DNA from: Cyclobacteriaceae bacterium
GTDB lineage: Bacteria; Bacteroidota; Bacteroidia; Cytophagales; Cyclobacteriaceae
NCBI GenBank assembly: GCA_043750575.1
Contig: JAYVBH010000009.1
Coordinates: 48,664-112,663 of the forward strand
Direction: 5' to 3'
Length of the DNA stretch: 64,000 nt
Shown here piece by piece: positions 45,807 through 56,553 of the stretch (within the stretch, counting starts at the first letter, position 1; the number at the start of each line of letters is the position of its first letter). The position numbers and the translations under genes were made by a program. The notes below the pieces were generated by a model that did no database searches, was not told where the DNA came from, and worked only from the letters and a program-made list of their open reading frames with translations.

Positions 45807-46798
45807 AGCCGGTTTCCAGTCTTTACCTCCCACTTAAGCAATTCCTTCTCATCGCTAATAAGCTGATGAATCAGCAATTCAGTAGTCAGGCTATACTCCC
45901 ATCCAAGTTGGGTCTTTGCCTTTCCATTGTCGCCATAAATGATCTCCAGGTCAAGAGCTCTTAAAAGTGAAGTATCCACGGTAACATAGCGTGACATATC
46001 CAAGTCAAGATGATTGAAAACAGCCGTCACAAAGCCATTCAGACTGGTTGGTATCCCTGAGCAAATCAAAAAATCATCCATTTTCTCTTGCTGCATCATA
46101 CGCCACATAGCATCAACATACAGCGGCGCATAACCCCAATCTCTCACAATTGCCAAATTACCTAAAGCCAAGCTGTCTTCATCACCATTCTTAATCCGAA
46201 TCGCGGTTCGAATCACCTTCTTTATTACAAAGTGTGAAGGACGAAGGGCGGATTCGTGATTAAACAAAATACCGCAGCAAGCATCCAGCTTATATGCCTC
46301 GCGGTAATTTACGGCTAACCAATGAGCAGATGCCTTGGAAATACCGTATGGACTAGCTGGATGAAATAGAAATGACTCCTTTATAGGCAATCTGGATTTG
46401 CCAATATTCCCAAACATTTCGCTACTGGATGCCTGGTAAAACCTGGTCTTTGGCGAGACGTGTCGAATCGCCTCCAAAATATTAAGTACACTTATGGTAT
46501 TGAATTCAAATGTAGCTGATGGCTGCTTGAATGAATCCCCTACAGAACTCATAGCGGCCAAATTATAGAACTCATCAATTCTTGTTCTCGTCAGTATCTC
46601 CTCTACTTCCTTTTGGCTCTGCAAATTCACTCGTCTAACAACTATTCGATCCCTAATTCCTAGATACGTCAATCGAAGCAAGGAAGAATCCCGATGAGCA
46701 GGAGACAAACCAATAACTTCATATCCTTTTTTCAATAAATATTCTGCCAAAAGAGCCCCATCCTGCCCTCCAATCCCAGAGATAATAGCCGTCTTCAT
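45803..46798 (-). CDS. gmd: GDP-mannose 4,6-dehydratase
   Basis: GIGGQDG, NLAAMSSV, YQASSSEMFG, SPYGISK, GILFNHES, RDWGYA. Confidence 0.88.
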   Translation of the reverse strand: MKTAIISGIGGQDGALLAEYLLKKGYEVIGLSPAHRDSSLLRLTYLGIRDRIVVRRVNLQSQKEVEEILTRTRIDEFYNLAAMSSVGDSFKQPSATFEFNTISVLNILEAIRHVSPKTRFYQASSSEMFGNIGKSRLPIKESFLFHPASPYGISKASAHWLAVNYREAYKLDACCGILFNHESALRPSHFVIKKVIRTAIRIKNGDEDSLALGNLAIVRDWGYAPLYVDAMWRMMQQEKMDDFLICSGIPTSLNGFVTAVFNHLDLDMSRYVTVDTSLLRALDLEIIYGDNGKAKTQLGWEYSLTTELLIHQLISDEKELLKWEVKTGNRL

Positions 46799-46820
46799 TG
46801 GCCCAGATTAGGAATTGAAT

Positions 46821-47948
46821 TCATATCTCAAGCAATTTGTCAACGAGAGGAGCCAGAGCAAATTCACTAAAGTACTCAGAATCTCGACCTACCGAACTAT
46901 CTGCATGAAGATGTGAATTGTAGTCAAACTCATCCATTGAGCCAAAGTCCACTGCAACAACAACCGGATAACTAGATTGCGTACAATAGGACAAGCTCCC
47001 TGTCATTACCGACGGAAGCCATACATTTAAACCGCAAGCTAAATATTCAAACAATTTATTAGGTGCATTCAGTATATAATTAGGGATATGACCCTTATAC
47101 AATATTACTCCTACATCATATTTTGGCAGAATATTCGAAAGTTTATCATATTCTACGCCGTGGAGTAAACTTATCCATGGGCATGATAACTCTCTAAGAA
47201 ACCTTTCGGCCTCGGAAGTGAAATTAAAGGAGTATATATCCCAGAGTATCCGTCCATGCTTCTCATTGATCCACCTTGCAAACTCCTTGACATACATGGT
47301 ATTCAAACTCAGAGCCCCAACGTATACAATCCTGAGAGGATTGGTCGCAATACATCTCGGCTGGACTTTCCATGCTAGTGGGGGATAGTTGGGTACAATT
47401 TGAGGATAACTCACTTCAACAGGAAATACATCTTTTCTAAACCTGTCCATTCGAGCCTCGTTGGTATGAGAAACCCAAATTGCCCGAGGATATACCCACT
47501 TTTCAAGGTTATGGAAATACCGTGTAAGCTTCATTCCACTTGCGTATTCCTGCTCACTTGTATACTCATGATAATGCGCTAATATCTTAGATCGACTAGC
47601 AACGAAACGAGAATAGAAATACACTGGCCAGGCTGAAATTGTTTCAAAGTACATAACCCGCTTCGGTCGATACCAGGCAAGAAGTAACAAACAGGCAGCA
47701 TAGAAGTGAAAATAGTAGGCATATCTGGTTGTAGCGCCAAGCTCTTTATCGGTAGCACCAAGCCTAATTATTTTAACCCGAGAGGATCTCGGCCTATATT
47801 TATCAAGTTCAGAATTGGCAGCTCGCGTAGTTAACACTACAATCCGATGATTGCCACCTCTTCTAATCAATTCTTGAAGCAGATTTTGTACCGGAGGATA
47901 AAATTCAACTGGCGCAAAATGAACTATCACCAAAATTTCAGAATTCAT
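46821..47948 (-). CDS. Putative glycosyltransferase (GT-B-like)
   Basis: VYVGAL, DVGVILY, NAPNKLFEYLACG. Confidence 0.7.
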   Translation of the reverse strand: MNSEILVIVHFAPVEFYPPVQNLLQELIRRGGNHRIVVLTTRAANSELDKYRPRSSRVKIIRLGATDKELGATTRYAYYFHFYAACLLLLAWYRPKRVMYFETISAWPVYFYSRFVASRSKILAHYHEYTSEQEYASGMKLTRYFHNLEKWVYPRAIWVSHTNEARMDRFRKDVFPVEVSYPQIVPNYPPLAWKVQPRCIATNPLRIVYVGALSLNTMYVKEFARWINEKHGRILWDIYSFNFTSEAERFLRELSCPWISLLHGVEYDKLSNILPKYDVGVILYKGHIPNYILNAPNKLFEYLACGLNVWLPSVMTGSLSYCTQSSYPVVVAVDFGSMDEFDYNSHLHADSSVGRDSEYFSEFALAPLVDKLLEI

Positions 47949-48863
47949 CTATGCCTTAAGAATACTAGCTAGACCAGCTTCCAAAGAAATCAATGGCCTA
48001 TTCAATACAGTCATCATTTTGGCAATATCAGGCTGTCTTCGCGTCATATCACCTTCTTTTAGTGGGGGTAAATTAATAATTCTTGATCGCGATTTCGTAA
48101 TCTTCAAAATTGTTTCCGCCAATTCCAAAACCGCAGTTAATCTATCATTCCCAACGTTAACCACATCATTTACAAAATGATTCCCCTCAAGGACCTTTAG
48201 GGTGAATTCTGTATTGTCATCAACATAGCAAAACGTCCGCGTTTGACCCCCATCACCATAAACAGTAATATCTTCATTTAGCTTTGCAGCCTTCATAAAC
48301 TTTGAAATCACAAAATCCTCACTTTGCCTCGGTCCATAAGTATTAAAGAATCTAAAAACAGTATAATCCAGACCAAACTCTTTTTGATATGACTTGCAGA
48401 AGCACTCGCCCAAGTTCTTCACAACGGCATACGGCAATCTTGAATTGAGCGGAGTCACATGCTCATGCTGAGGCAAATGCACAGGCTCACCATAGACTTC
48501 AGAAGAAGATGAAAAGAATATTCTCTTTACACAGGTATTCTTTGATAACTCAAAAATGTTTTGCAGTCCCTTGATATCCTCCAATACCAATTTTGGATTA
48601 TCCGTTGTTCTGGCTACCCCGACTACAGCAGCATAATGAAAAACATAATCAAAATCATAGTGGAGCATTACCGACGCCAAACTCGGGAAATCATTAACAT
48701 CGCACCTGATAAACCTGTAATTTGGGTGAGCAGGTAAGTTTCCCGTTTTCCCGGTAAGCAGACTATCCACACCAACAACCAAGTACCTACCCGAGTTAAG
48801 GAGGGTATCAGCAAGCGAACTAGGAATAAATCCAGCGGCCCCAGTGATAAGAACAGTTTTCAT
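47949..48863 (-). CDS. NAD-dependent epimerase/dehydratase (UDP-glucuronate decarboxylase-like)
   Basis: TGAAGFI, SSSEVYG, PYAVVK, RFFNTYGPRQ, QTRTFCYVDD. Confidence 0.88.
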   Translation of the reverse strand: MKTVLITGAAGFIPSSLADTLLNSGRYLVVGVDSLLTGKTGNLPAHPNYRFIRCDVNDFPSLASVMLHYDFDYVFHYAAVVGVARTTDNPKLVLEDIKGLQNIFELSKNTCVKRIFFSSSSEVYGEPVHLPQHEHVTPLNSRLPYAVVKNLGECFCKSYQKEFGLDYTVFRFFNTYGPRQSEDFVISKFMKAAKLNEDITVYGDGGQTRTFCYVDDNTEFTLKVLEGNHFVNDVVNVGNDRLTAVLELAETILKITKSRSRIINLPPLKEGDMTRRQPDIAKMMTVLNRPLISLEAGLASILKA

Positions 48864-49903
48864 GCAGTCAACGGAACAGAGTCTTCCAATAATTTCACTA
48901 TTCTTGATAATCGCGTTGTATAATTGTGCGTGCTCACGATTTTACTTTGAGCTTCACTTCTAATTTTATGCGCCTCATCCGGGTTATTAATTATCCATTC
49001 AACATTGTTAATAGCATCCAATTCATTTTCAAAATAGACAACCTCCCTTTTATGAGTAAATTCCACTTCCATTTCTGGACAACTTGAGCATAATTCCAAT
49101 CCGCCAGAAGCAGGGATTTCAAAAAACCGCATATTTGCTGCAGGGTAATTAGTGTCATCAATAACATTAATATTTATCATACTTCTATTAAAATGTGCAG
49201 ATAGATCTTCCCCAAAAAGCCCATTTCCTTTCCATTTAGCAAGCACTCCCCTATCCATGCAATTTCTCTTCCAATAGCCCCCATGTATCTCAATTCTGAG
49301 GTGCCCAAATTTTTCAATAATTGCTTTCAAGATCCTCTGCCGCTCAGGCCTCCACATCCCAACAAAAGAAAGGTCGCAGGCGAACTCCTTATTAAGTGTG
49401 ACTTCCCTAAAATGCAACTTCAGGTCGCCAGCCAACGGCACCCAATGTACATTTCGAAATCCCAGTCTACTCAAAACATCCCTGGTAGATTCGCTGTATG
49501 CGGCCGACAAGTCCAAGATAGGTCCGTAATTCAGATTATTGGTATTAAGATTCAATGGAGTATCCGGCCAAACCCAAGCAAGTTTACAATTTGGTAATAT
49601 TGCTTTGATCGTGGCAAGCGTCCCATATAAAACGCTAGAACCACCTACAATCATGATTATATCAGGTCTCGTTTCTTTGGCCTTAATAATTAATTCACGA
49701 TTCATTTTCCTGGTCCATATTTCAATATTCACCAAGCCATTTACGAGACGACCCAGTTTCCCGAACCGAATGTGCTTCTGGATCTCTCTCGACGGGTCAA
49801 ATCTAGTGACATCAAAATTCAACTCTGCCGCAGCACTGGCATAAGAACTTTCCAGGCAATATTCATTGATAGTTCCAACAATCAAAATACTATGATGTCT
49901 CAT
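48860..49903 (-). CDS. CgeB-like glycosyltransferase family protein
   Basis: DLSFVG...R, ININV, NMRFFEIPASGG, HNYTTR. Confidence 0.78.
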   Translation of the reverse strand: MRHHSILIVGTINEYCLESSYASAAAELNFDVTRFDPSREIQKHIRFGKLGRLVNGLVNIEIWTRKMNRELIIKAKETRPDIIMIVGGSSVLYGTLATIKAILPNCKLAWVWPDTPLNLNTNNLNYGPILDLSAAYSESTRDVLSRLGFRNVHWVPLAGDLKLHFREVTLNKEFACDLSFVGMWRPERQRILKAIIEKFGHLRIEIHGGYWKRNCMDRGVLAKWKGNGLFGEDLSAHFNRSMININVIDDTNYPAANMRFFEIPASGGLELCSSCPEMEVEFTHKREVVYFENELDAINNVEWIINNPDEAHKIRSEAQSKIVSTHNYTTRLSRIVKLLEDSVPLTA

Positions 49904-49987
49904 AACCTTAATTCACAGATATTGCCACCCCTGCTATATTGATAGAGGCGTTCAATTTTTTTAAAAAGAAAACCATTCGCAATACCA

Positions 49988-50731
49988 TTAGAGATCCCTA
50001 GCAATAAATATTGCATCTGCCCAGGCAATGTTTCCATTTCCATAAATCGGCGAATAAATATCTTGAAGGGAAAAGCCTTGCCCGTAGAGCAGCTCTGCAA
50101 TACTATGGAACAAAGGTTGGCCTTCGTACTGCCGAATAAAATAGACCTCCGAATAGATACATCTCACTTTTCGTTTACTTAAACAATTCATTGCACCTAC
50201 CAATGCCGAAAACTCACCACCCTGAATATCCATTTTCAATATATCAATACTTTCAATTGCCATCTCCGTCGCAAAATTATCAATGGATGTTGAGCGGACC
50301 CGAATGACTTTTTCGTTAATTACTTGACTATCCGATGAAAGTCCAGCCCGCCTAGGCTTCAGTAAAGAGTTTGTGTCAACATTCCTATTCACATAAAACT
50401 CCTTTTCATCATTAGATTCTGAAATCGCTAAATTATGACAATGTACAGACGGTTTGTCCAGGAAGCGGTTCTGCAGAATTTTAAAAGACTCAGGAAATGG
50501 TTCGAATGCATGAATAATTGCTCTCGGAAATAAATTCAAATAGACATCGGTAATATCACCTCGGTTTGCGCCTATATCAAAGATCACCGGACGATCAGTA
50601 CCAATCAGCTCTTTTTGCCTTTGAAACGGGTCATCTTTAAATGAACTCTTCTTTAACGCTTGAATGAACCCCGTACCATGAATTTCGAAACCAAATCGGC
50701 CAAGCAACCCATTAATTTGCGCCTTATTCAT
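49988..50731 (-). CDS. FkbM-family methyltransferase
   Basis: FDIGANRG, FEPFP, DILKMDIQGGE. Confidence 0.92.
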   Translation of the reverse strand: MNKAQINGLLGRFGFEIHGTGFIQALKKSSFKDDPFQRQKELIGTDRPVIFDIGANRGDITDVYLNLFPRAIIHAFEPFPESFKILQNRFLDKPSVHCHNLAISESNDEKEFYVNRNVDTNSLLKPRRAGLSSDSQVINEKVIRVRSTSIDNFATEMAIESIDILKMDIQGGEFSALVGAMNCLSKRKVRCIYSEVYFIRQYEGQPLFHSIAELLYGQGFSLQDIYSPIYGNGNIAWADAIFIARDL

Positions 50732-51624
50732 AATTTCCTTATTGACTTGACAAGCAAAGCATTTGCTTCCTCAAATGGACCTTCATAAACATCGAAATCC
50801 AATCCCACCGGCCTTAATGATGCATGCAAATGGTCCGGGTGCATAATTAATAGAGCGTCAGAGATGAATCCAGCCCAATAGCTAAACGTACTTCCTGCGG
50901 AAGTAATAATTACTTTGCTTTTGCTCAATAAAAGCATATCCAGAATATCATTCTTTCCATTTACAACATCAACATTTTCTAATTTAAGTATATCAGCCAA
51001 TTCTTCCCTCTTCCCATCAGTGAAGATTCCGACTTCCAATGACGTGCCATGAACCTGCCGAATCTTTCCAATTACTTCAGTAAAATAATCTAAAGGCGTT
51101 CTTACGGCACCTACTTTTGCGAAATCCTCACCTGCTTTCAATTTTCTGAAATCTCCCAATCTAACGTGAACACCTATTTTGTGAGGAACTAAACTCCCTA
51201 ATTGCTGTATAATTGACGGTCGTATAGCATCCAAAAACAGCTCAATTACCAATGGACGGAAATCCTTCAGCTGGGCAAAGTAATCCGTCCAATGAGGCAT
51301 TCTTGAAAACACATAAATAGCATTATGGCTTTTATCAATAACCGTTAAGTCTGGCTCTTCGATAACCCGATAGCCAGTCCGTGAGAGAAAATTGATTCGT
51401 ATCCGATCCCAAGCTTCAGCAAATAAGGTCTTCTCGAAAGTAAAATAACCCAAATAGTTGCGCTTGGACCTTTCGCCCCTAAAATAAGGCCCCAACTTCA
51501 CCTGGTGATACCCAATAACCGATGCAGATACGCCGTTCAATCTTGCAAATACCAACGCCTTCATCAGAGGAAAAAGCTGATTTCCCAGACCTGCTTTTGG
51601 TAATTTGCAAACAACGAAAATCAT
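50728..51624 (-). CDS. Alpha-1,2-fucosyltransferase family (GT11)
   Basis: GLGNQLF, GVHVRLGDF, FTD, STFSYWA. Confidence 0.88.
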   Translation of the reverse strand: MIFVVCKLPKAGLGNQLFPLMKALVFARLNGVSASVIGYHQVKLGPYFRGERSKRNYLGYFTFEKTLFAEAWDRIRINFLSRTGYRVIEEPDLTVIDKSHNAIYVFSRMPHWTDYFAQLKDFRPLVIELFLDAIRPSIIQQLGSLVPHKIGVHVRLGDFRKLKAGEDFAKVGAVRTPLDYFTEVIGKIRQVHGTSLEVGIFTDGKREELADILKLENVDVVNGKNDILDMLLLSKSKVIITSAGSTFSYWAGFISDALLIMHPDHLHASLRPVGLDFDVYEGPFEEANALLVKSIRKL

Positions 51625-52805
51625 GGCTTATATAATGAGATAACTTTCTCTAAGGAGAGTTTGTGGGAAATTTCTTGAAACTGCTCTGCAAAGCAATGGC
51701 TCGCAGTTGAAAAACTCCTCATTAAAGCCTTGTCATCACACAATCGAAGAATCTTTTTAGACAGGTCCTCAATATTACCCCAAGGAAATACAAATCCATT
51801 TTTTCCTTCCTGAACATCATCATTCTCACCATAACTCCCACATCGGTCACTGACTATGATAGGAAGACCCATATAAATTGCCTCACTGACAGCAATTGAA
51901 TGAGGCTCTACAGAGGCTGGGTGAACATAGATATCTGCCGTAGCATAATAAGAAGGCAGATCTTCAGGTGGAATGAAGCCCACAAAATGGACGCTGCTTG
52001 AACGTAATTGGCCGGCCTTCGTACGCAATTCTGCTAGCCTTGGCCCAGAACCAACCATTAAAAGTTGCAAAGTCAACCCTTGGCCTTCTAATTTGATCAA
52101 TGCATCGATGATGTGGTCCTGACTCTTCCAAGGAACCAACTTTCCAACAACAATCAATACTATATCCTCTATGCTGATACCAAGCTGCTTTCGAACACTC
52201 TTACGCAGGAAGTCTTTGTTTGCAAATGCAGTCTTATACAAATCAATGTCAATAGGAAAGTGCATCCTAATGAATTTGCGTTTTGGGACTCGGTAACGCT
52301 CATAGTATTCCTCATTCGCATTCCCAACCGTCAAGAAATGGTCAATGTGATAAAAATACCATGTCAAGAAAGGATACTTAACTATATCCCAGAATACTGA
52401 GTTTTCTTGTCTCCGTTCACTATCCGAAATATAAAGGATAGAAACGTCTCTCTTTCTCGCCCAGCGATAGGCTCTCCGCTGAACCTTCTGATAATATCCG
52501 TAGACTATTAGCAGGGAAGGAGCAAACTTGGTCAGCGCTGTATCAAGTGAAGGCGCATCCAAATCACGATTGGACGACAATACACTGTCTCCATTGAGAA
52601 ACTCATGATCAAAGGAATCAAGTCGAAGGTTTCCCCATGAGATCTCCTTTTGAAATAGCTCGTCATGGTACTTTCTAAAACCAAGCGCTGACGCAAAAAA
52701 CACCTTAAACTCAACGTCGCCATTTCCAGCAAAACTTGAGTACTGCGGACAAAAGTGTTGTATCGGATGTGACACAACCAAGGCAATTCTAACCTTTTCA
52801 CTCAT
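51621..52805 (-). CDS. Glycosyltransferase family 4
   Basis: SHPIQH, VGKLVPWK, EPHSIAVSEA, NGFVF. Confidence 0.9.
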   Translation of the reverse strand: MSEKVRIALVVSHPIQHFCPQYSSFAGNGDVEFKVFFASALGFRKYHDELFQKEISWGNLRLDSFDHEFLNGDSVLSSNRDLDAPSLDTALTKFAPSLLIVYGYYQKVQRRAYRWARKRDVSILYISDSERRQENSVFWDIVKYPFLTWYFYHIDHFLTVGNANEEYYERYRVPKRKFIRMHFPIDIDLYKTAFANKDFLRKSVRKQLGISIEDIVLIVVGKLVPWKSQDHIIDALIKLEGQGLTLQLLMVGSGPRLAELRTKAGQLRSSSVHFVGFIPPEDLPSYYATADIYVHPASVEPHSIAVSEAIYMGLPIIVSDRCGSYGENDDVQEGKNGFVFPWGNIEDLSKKILRLCDDKALMRSFSTASHCFAEQFQEISHKLSLEKVISLYKP

Positions 52806-53940
52806 TTATCAGTGCCTCAATCCGCATTAACTGTGACCCGTAAGTATTGTCACGCGCATAGGCTACCCTTCTTGCACGCAATTCATCGCTATTATAACTA
52901 AGCAATTTGCCTATTACTTCCGTGAAAAGTGCCGGTAAGGCGCGATTGCTATCGCGGTCAGGCGCCATCACAATCAAATCTGGACTATCACGATAAGTGG
53001 TAATGTTATTAGAGATAATCACTGAGCCCGATGCGAGGTACTCCATAACCTTGTGGTAGTTTGTTCCTTTACTCTGATCCTTAAGCACGTCATAACAGAT
53101 CAGAAAAGTATCCATTCTTTGGAGCGAAGTCGCAAGAACCTCTGTTGAAACAACGCCATGCAGAATTACGTTACCGTAGTTCTGCAGGGTCTTAACAAAT
53201 TCTCTTGCACCTTCATCATCGGCCCCACCAATATTGCTATCCTTGAATTGATAGCTACCCCAAAATTCGAACTGACACCCAGGATTGTCTTTGATAATCT
53301 GCAATAATGTAGTGCGGTCAATATCCGGTCTTAATAAATTGCCTGAAAAGCCAACCCGAACAGGACCCGTAGCATTGCGACGCCCATCATCCGAAATGAA
53401 AAAGTCCAATGTAACACCATGGTTGACAAAGTGACGTGGGCAACTGTATCCTTCGTACTTATCCAAAATCTCCTTTGTCACTGAAAAAATCACCTGCGCA
53501 CCTTCTGCGGCGTCAATGGCGGCACTATTTAAAGGTTCGTCTACAGGATGAAATATCTTGTAGACCTTTCGATCAAAAAAAGTTAAAGGGTAAGTGAAAC
53601 CGAGGTCAAAGGACCAAACAATATCGATGGGTGTTTTAAGTATGCTGAGGATACGTTTGATCTGAATCCTCATCAGCCCATGAAACATAGACATCAGATG
53701 AAACTTCAGAGCGTATGGAAAAAACAGGATGTGGTCAACAATGAACAAATTCTGCTGAACTTCCTGAATGCTAATCTCAGGGCACCGGATGCTGATCCTT
53801 TCCTGGTTTGGCGGATTTAGAAAGTAGACTGTATTGCCTAGCTTTGTCAATTCTCTGGCATAATGATGCTTCGACAAGGACATTGCACCCCAGGCCTGCG
53901 GAGAAAGAATGAGAATTGTACGATTCCTTAAATCAGGCAA
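52798..53940 (-). CDS. Putative glycosyltransferase (GT-B-like)
   Basis: SKHHYARELT, NHGV, GFSGNL, HKVMEYLASG; probable TTG start overlapping upstream stop. Confidence 0.7.
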   Translation of the reverse strand: MPDLRNRTILILSPQAWGAMSLSKHHYARELTKLGNTVYFLNPPNQERISIRCPEISIQEVQQNLFIVDHILFFPYALKFHLMSMFHGLMRIQIKRILSILKTPIDIVWSFDLGFTYPLTFFDRKVYKIFHPVDEPLNSAAIDAAEGAQVIFSVTKEILDKYEGYSCPRHFVNHGVTLDFFISDDGRRNATGPVRVGFSGNLLRPDIDRTTLLQIIKDNPGCQFEFWGSYQFKDSNIGGADDEGAREFVKTLQNYGNVILHGVVSTEVLATSLQRMDTFLICYDVLKDQSKGTNYHKVMEYLASGSVIISNNITTYRDSPDLIVMAPDRDSNRALPALFTEVIGKLLSYNSDELRARRVAYARDNTYGSQLMRIEALINE

Positions 53941-55045
53941 TGGAATGGTAGAAAGCTTTAATTGAACCAGCCACATGGTCAATCATCTCGTGGGTCAGTT
54001 CAGGATACATTGGCAGAGAAAGGATCTCAGACTGAAGCTTAGTAGCTATCGGGAAGTCTGATGGACTGTGCCCCAAATATCTATATGCTTCTAAATTAGG
54101 TAGTGCCGTTGGATAGTGAATGGCTGTTTCTATTCCTTGCGTCTTCAAATACCGCATCAGCCGATCGCGTTGTTTGGCCTTGATTACATACAAATGAAAT
54201 GTGTGTTTCGTGACCGGCCTAACCAGAGGCACCTCCATTTCCTCCACATCATTGAGGGCCTTCGAATACCGTTCCGCGTGATGGATTCTTTGCTCGGTCC
54301 ACGAAAGAATATGAGGCAACTTGGCTGATAGAATTGCCGCCTGCAATCCATCCATCCTGCTATTAACTCCCTCCATTCTGTGCTCATGCTTTTTCAGGGC
54401 ACCATGCCTCGCATACATTCTGAATTTTTCCGCCAAACTATCATTATTCGTAATAATGCATCCAGCGTCGCCATACGCCCCAAGGTTCTTCCCAGGATAA
54501 AAGCTAAAAGAACCCGCAACACCTGAGAGTCCGGCCCTAACACCATTGTACTCTGAAAAATGAGCCTGGGCACAGTCTTCAATCAAGTAAATGTTATGCT
54601 TCTGACAAATGGATTTGATCATATTCATTTCACACATCTGCCCATGCAGATGAACGACAATCAACGCTTTTGTCTTTACAGTAATCTTACTCTCAATCAG
54701 GTTTTCATCGACACTATAATAGCAAGGGCTAGCATCGACAAAAACAGGTTTTGCGCCTGTCTGCGTTATCGTTTCTGAACTGGAAATCCAGCTATTGGCT
54801 ACCGTAACTACCTCATCCCCAAATCCAATACCGAGCATCTTCATGATAATATACAGCGAATCAGTTCCGTTGGCACAGGAAATCACGTGCTGAACACCGT
54901 ATAGCCTCGCAAACCCTTCCTCAAATTCGTTTACATAATGACCTCCAATAAACGCAGTATCCTCAATTACACTGGCAATTGCTCGATCAATATCACTCTT
55001 TATCTGCTGGTACTGAGCCGAAAGATCTACAAAGGGAACGTTCAT
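53933..55045 (-). CDS. DegT-family aminotransferase (WbpE-like)
   Basis: PFVDL, ANGTD, EDCAQAH, SFYPGKNLGAYGDAG, GVNSRMDGLQAAIL, SLPMYP. Confidence 0.93.
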   Translation of the reverse strand: MNVPFVDLSAQYQQIKSDIDRAIASVIEDTAFIGGHYVNEFEEGFARLYGVQHVISCANGTDSLYIIMKMLGIGFGDEVVTVANSWISSSETITQTGAKPVFVDASPCYYSVDENLIESKITVKTKALIVVHLHGQMCEMNMIKSICQKHNIYLIEDCAQAHFSEYNGVRAGLSGVAGSFSFYPGKNLGAYGDAGCIITNNDSLAEKFRMYARHGALKKHEHRMEGVNSRMDGLQAAILSAKLPHILSWTEQRIHHAERYSKALNDVEEMEVPLVRPVTKHTFHLYVIKAKQRDRLMRYLKTQGIETAIHYPTALPNLEAYRYLGHSPSDFPIATKLQSEILSLPMYPELTHEMIDHVAGSIKAFYHSIA

Positions 55046-55065
55046 TGTATTTGGTCTTGAAGACC

Positions 55066-55530
55066 CTATAATCGTCTGATCAGTTGAGCTGGATTTCCAG
55101 CGTAAACACCTGAAAGGTCGATATCCCTCGTTACAACTGCTCCAGCACCAATCACAACATGATCACATATGCGCACCGGCAGAATTGTTGCATTCGATCC
55201 GATTGAAACCCTGTTACCAATAGTTGTAGACTTCCATAGCGACTGGTCGCCTCCCGCCGGTGATCCCTTCGCAAAGAGATCATTGATGAACATGACTCCA
55301 TGACCCACAAAACAATTCTCACCAATGGCAACTTTACTGCAAATAAATGTATGCGATTGAACTTTCGAATGGCGACCAATAATAACACCAGCCTGAATCT
55401 CCACAAATGGACCTATAAAACACCCATCGCCAATAGAGCACTCATAAAGGTTTACAGGCTCAACGACTTTTACGTCATGTCCAAAAGCAACATCCCTGAT
55501 TTGGGTTTTCAGAATTTGGGGCTCGTTCAT
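55066..55530 (-). CDS. Hexapeptide N-acyltransferase (WbpD-like)
   Basis: NLYECSIGDGCFIGPFVEIQ, QSHTFIC, GHGVMFIND, YAGNPA. Confidence 0.88.
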   Translation of the reverse strand: MNEPQILKTQIRDVAFGHDVKVVEPVNLYECSIGDGCFIGPFVEIQAGVIIGRHSKVQSHTFICSKVAIGENCFVGHGVMFINDLFAKGSPAGGDQSLWKSTTIGNRVSIGSNATILPVRICDHVVIGAGAVVTRDIDLSGVYAGNPAQLIRRL

Positions 55531-56552
55531 ATACGCACCGCAGCCTTATAAATCTTTTCAATGATCTCCACTGTTTTCAATCCTTCAAATGAATTTGTTG
55601 TAATAGAGGCATTGTGTTGCAATACTTCTATAATGTTGTCATATACTTTATCATGATTGCTCATGGAGCCCACATAATTACCATAGTTGTTAGGCTTGTT
55701 TCCCTCTGCCAAATTTTCAATACGGTATCCATCTATGCACTGATATTCCAGTTCGTTAAGATATTGGCCACCGATCTTTACCGTGCCTTTCTCTCCAAAA
55801 AGCGTTAGTGAGCCCTCCATATTCTTCTCAAAACTGTTCACTGTATAGTTCATCGTACCAATAGTGCCACTATGAAATTCCATAATCACCACTCCAGTAT
55901 CCTCGAATTCGATGATATTTTTATGGTGATAGTTACCCATGTAAGCTTGCACATTCCGGACATCCCCCAGGAACCAATACAACAAATCAACAAAGTGACT
56001 GAATTGTGTGTATAGTGTTCCACCATCCATTTTCAAGGTGCCTTTCCAGGAGTTGTGATAGTAGTCTGGGTTACGGTTCCAAAAGCATGAGAGTTGAAAA
56101 TTCATGATTTTTCCCAGCCTACCTTCGTCAATTAATCGCTTCACAGCAGCAACAGGAGGATTATACCGATTTTGCTTGATCGCAAACAAACGCCTATTGG
56201 CCCTTTCCGCAGCTTGTATCATGCGACCACAATCATATGAGGAAATAGCCATGGGTTTTTCACACAATGCATGGAATCCTCCCTGCAAAACTCTGATTGA
56301 ATGCTCAGCATGTAATCCATTCGGCGAGCAAATGGCAACCACATCCAGGTCAACAACCCCCGTCAAGAAAGTATCAATATCATAATATGCCTTCGCATTG
56401 TATTTAGTTGCCAGGTCGTCTGCTTTTTCCCGTACGACATCACATACAGCAACCAATTCTCCTTTACAATGAATGTGCTCGGCATGACGTTGTGCTATTC
56501 TACCGCATCCGATAATTCCGAATTTTAAACGATTGTGAGGCTCCCCCATCAT
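55527..56552 (-). CDS. Gfo/Idh/MocA oxidoreductase (WbpB/WlbA-like)
   Basis: IIGCGRIAQRH, CSPNGLH, CEKPMA, QNRYNP, GGTLYTQFSH. Confidence 0.92.
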   Translation of the reverse strand: MMGEPHNRLKFGIIGCGRIAQRHAEHIHCKGELVAVCDVVREKADDLATKYNAKAYYDIDTFLTGVVDLDVVAICSPNGLHAEHSIRVLQGGFHALCEKPMAISSYDCGRMIQAAERANRRLFAIKQNRYNPPVAAVKRLIDEGRLGKIMNFQLSCFWNRNPDYYHNSWKGTLKMDGGTLYTQFSHFVDLLYWFLGDVRNVQAYMGNYHHKNIIEFEDTGVVIMEFHSGTIGTMNYTVNSFEKNMEGSLTLFGEKGTVKIGGQYLNELEYQCIDGYRIENLAEGNKPNNYGNYVGSMSNHDKVYDNIIEVLQHNASITTNSFEGLKTVEIIEKIYKAAVRI

Positions 56553-56553
56553 T

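Noticed and set aside
49900-50100. 66-aa ORF bridging the FkbM and CgeB-like genes, or a frameshifted extension
   Set aside because: It mostly overlaps the complete FkbM gene in another frame and has no recognisable motif.
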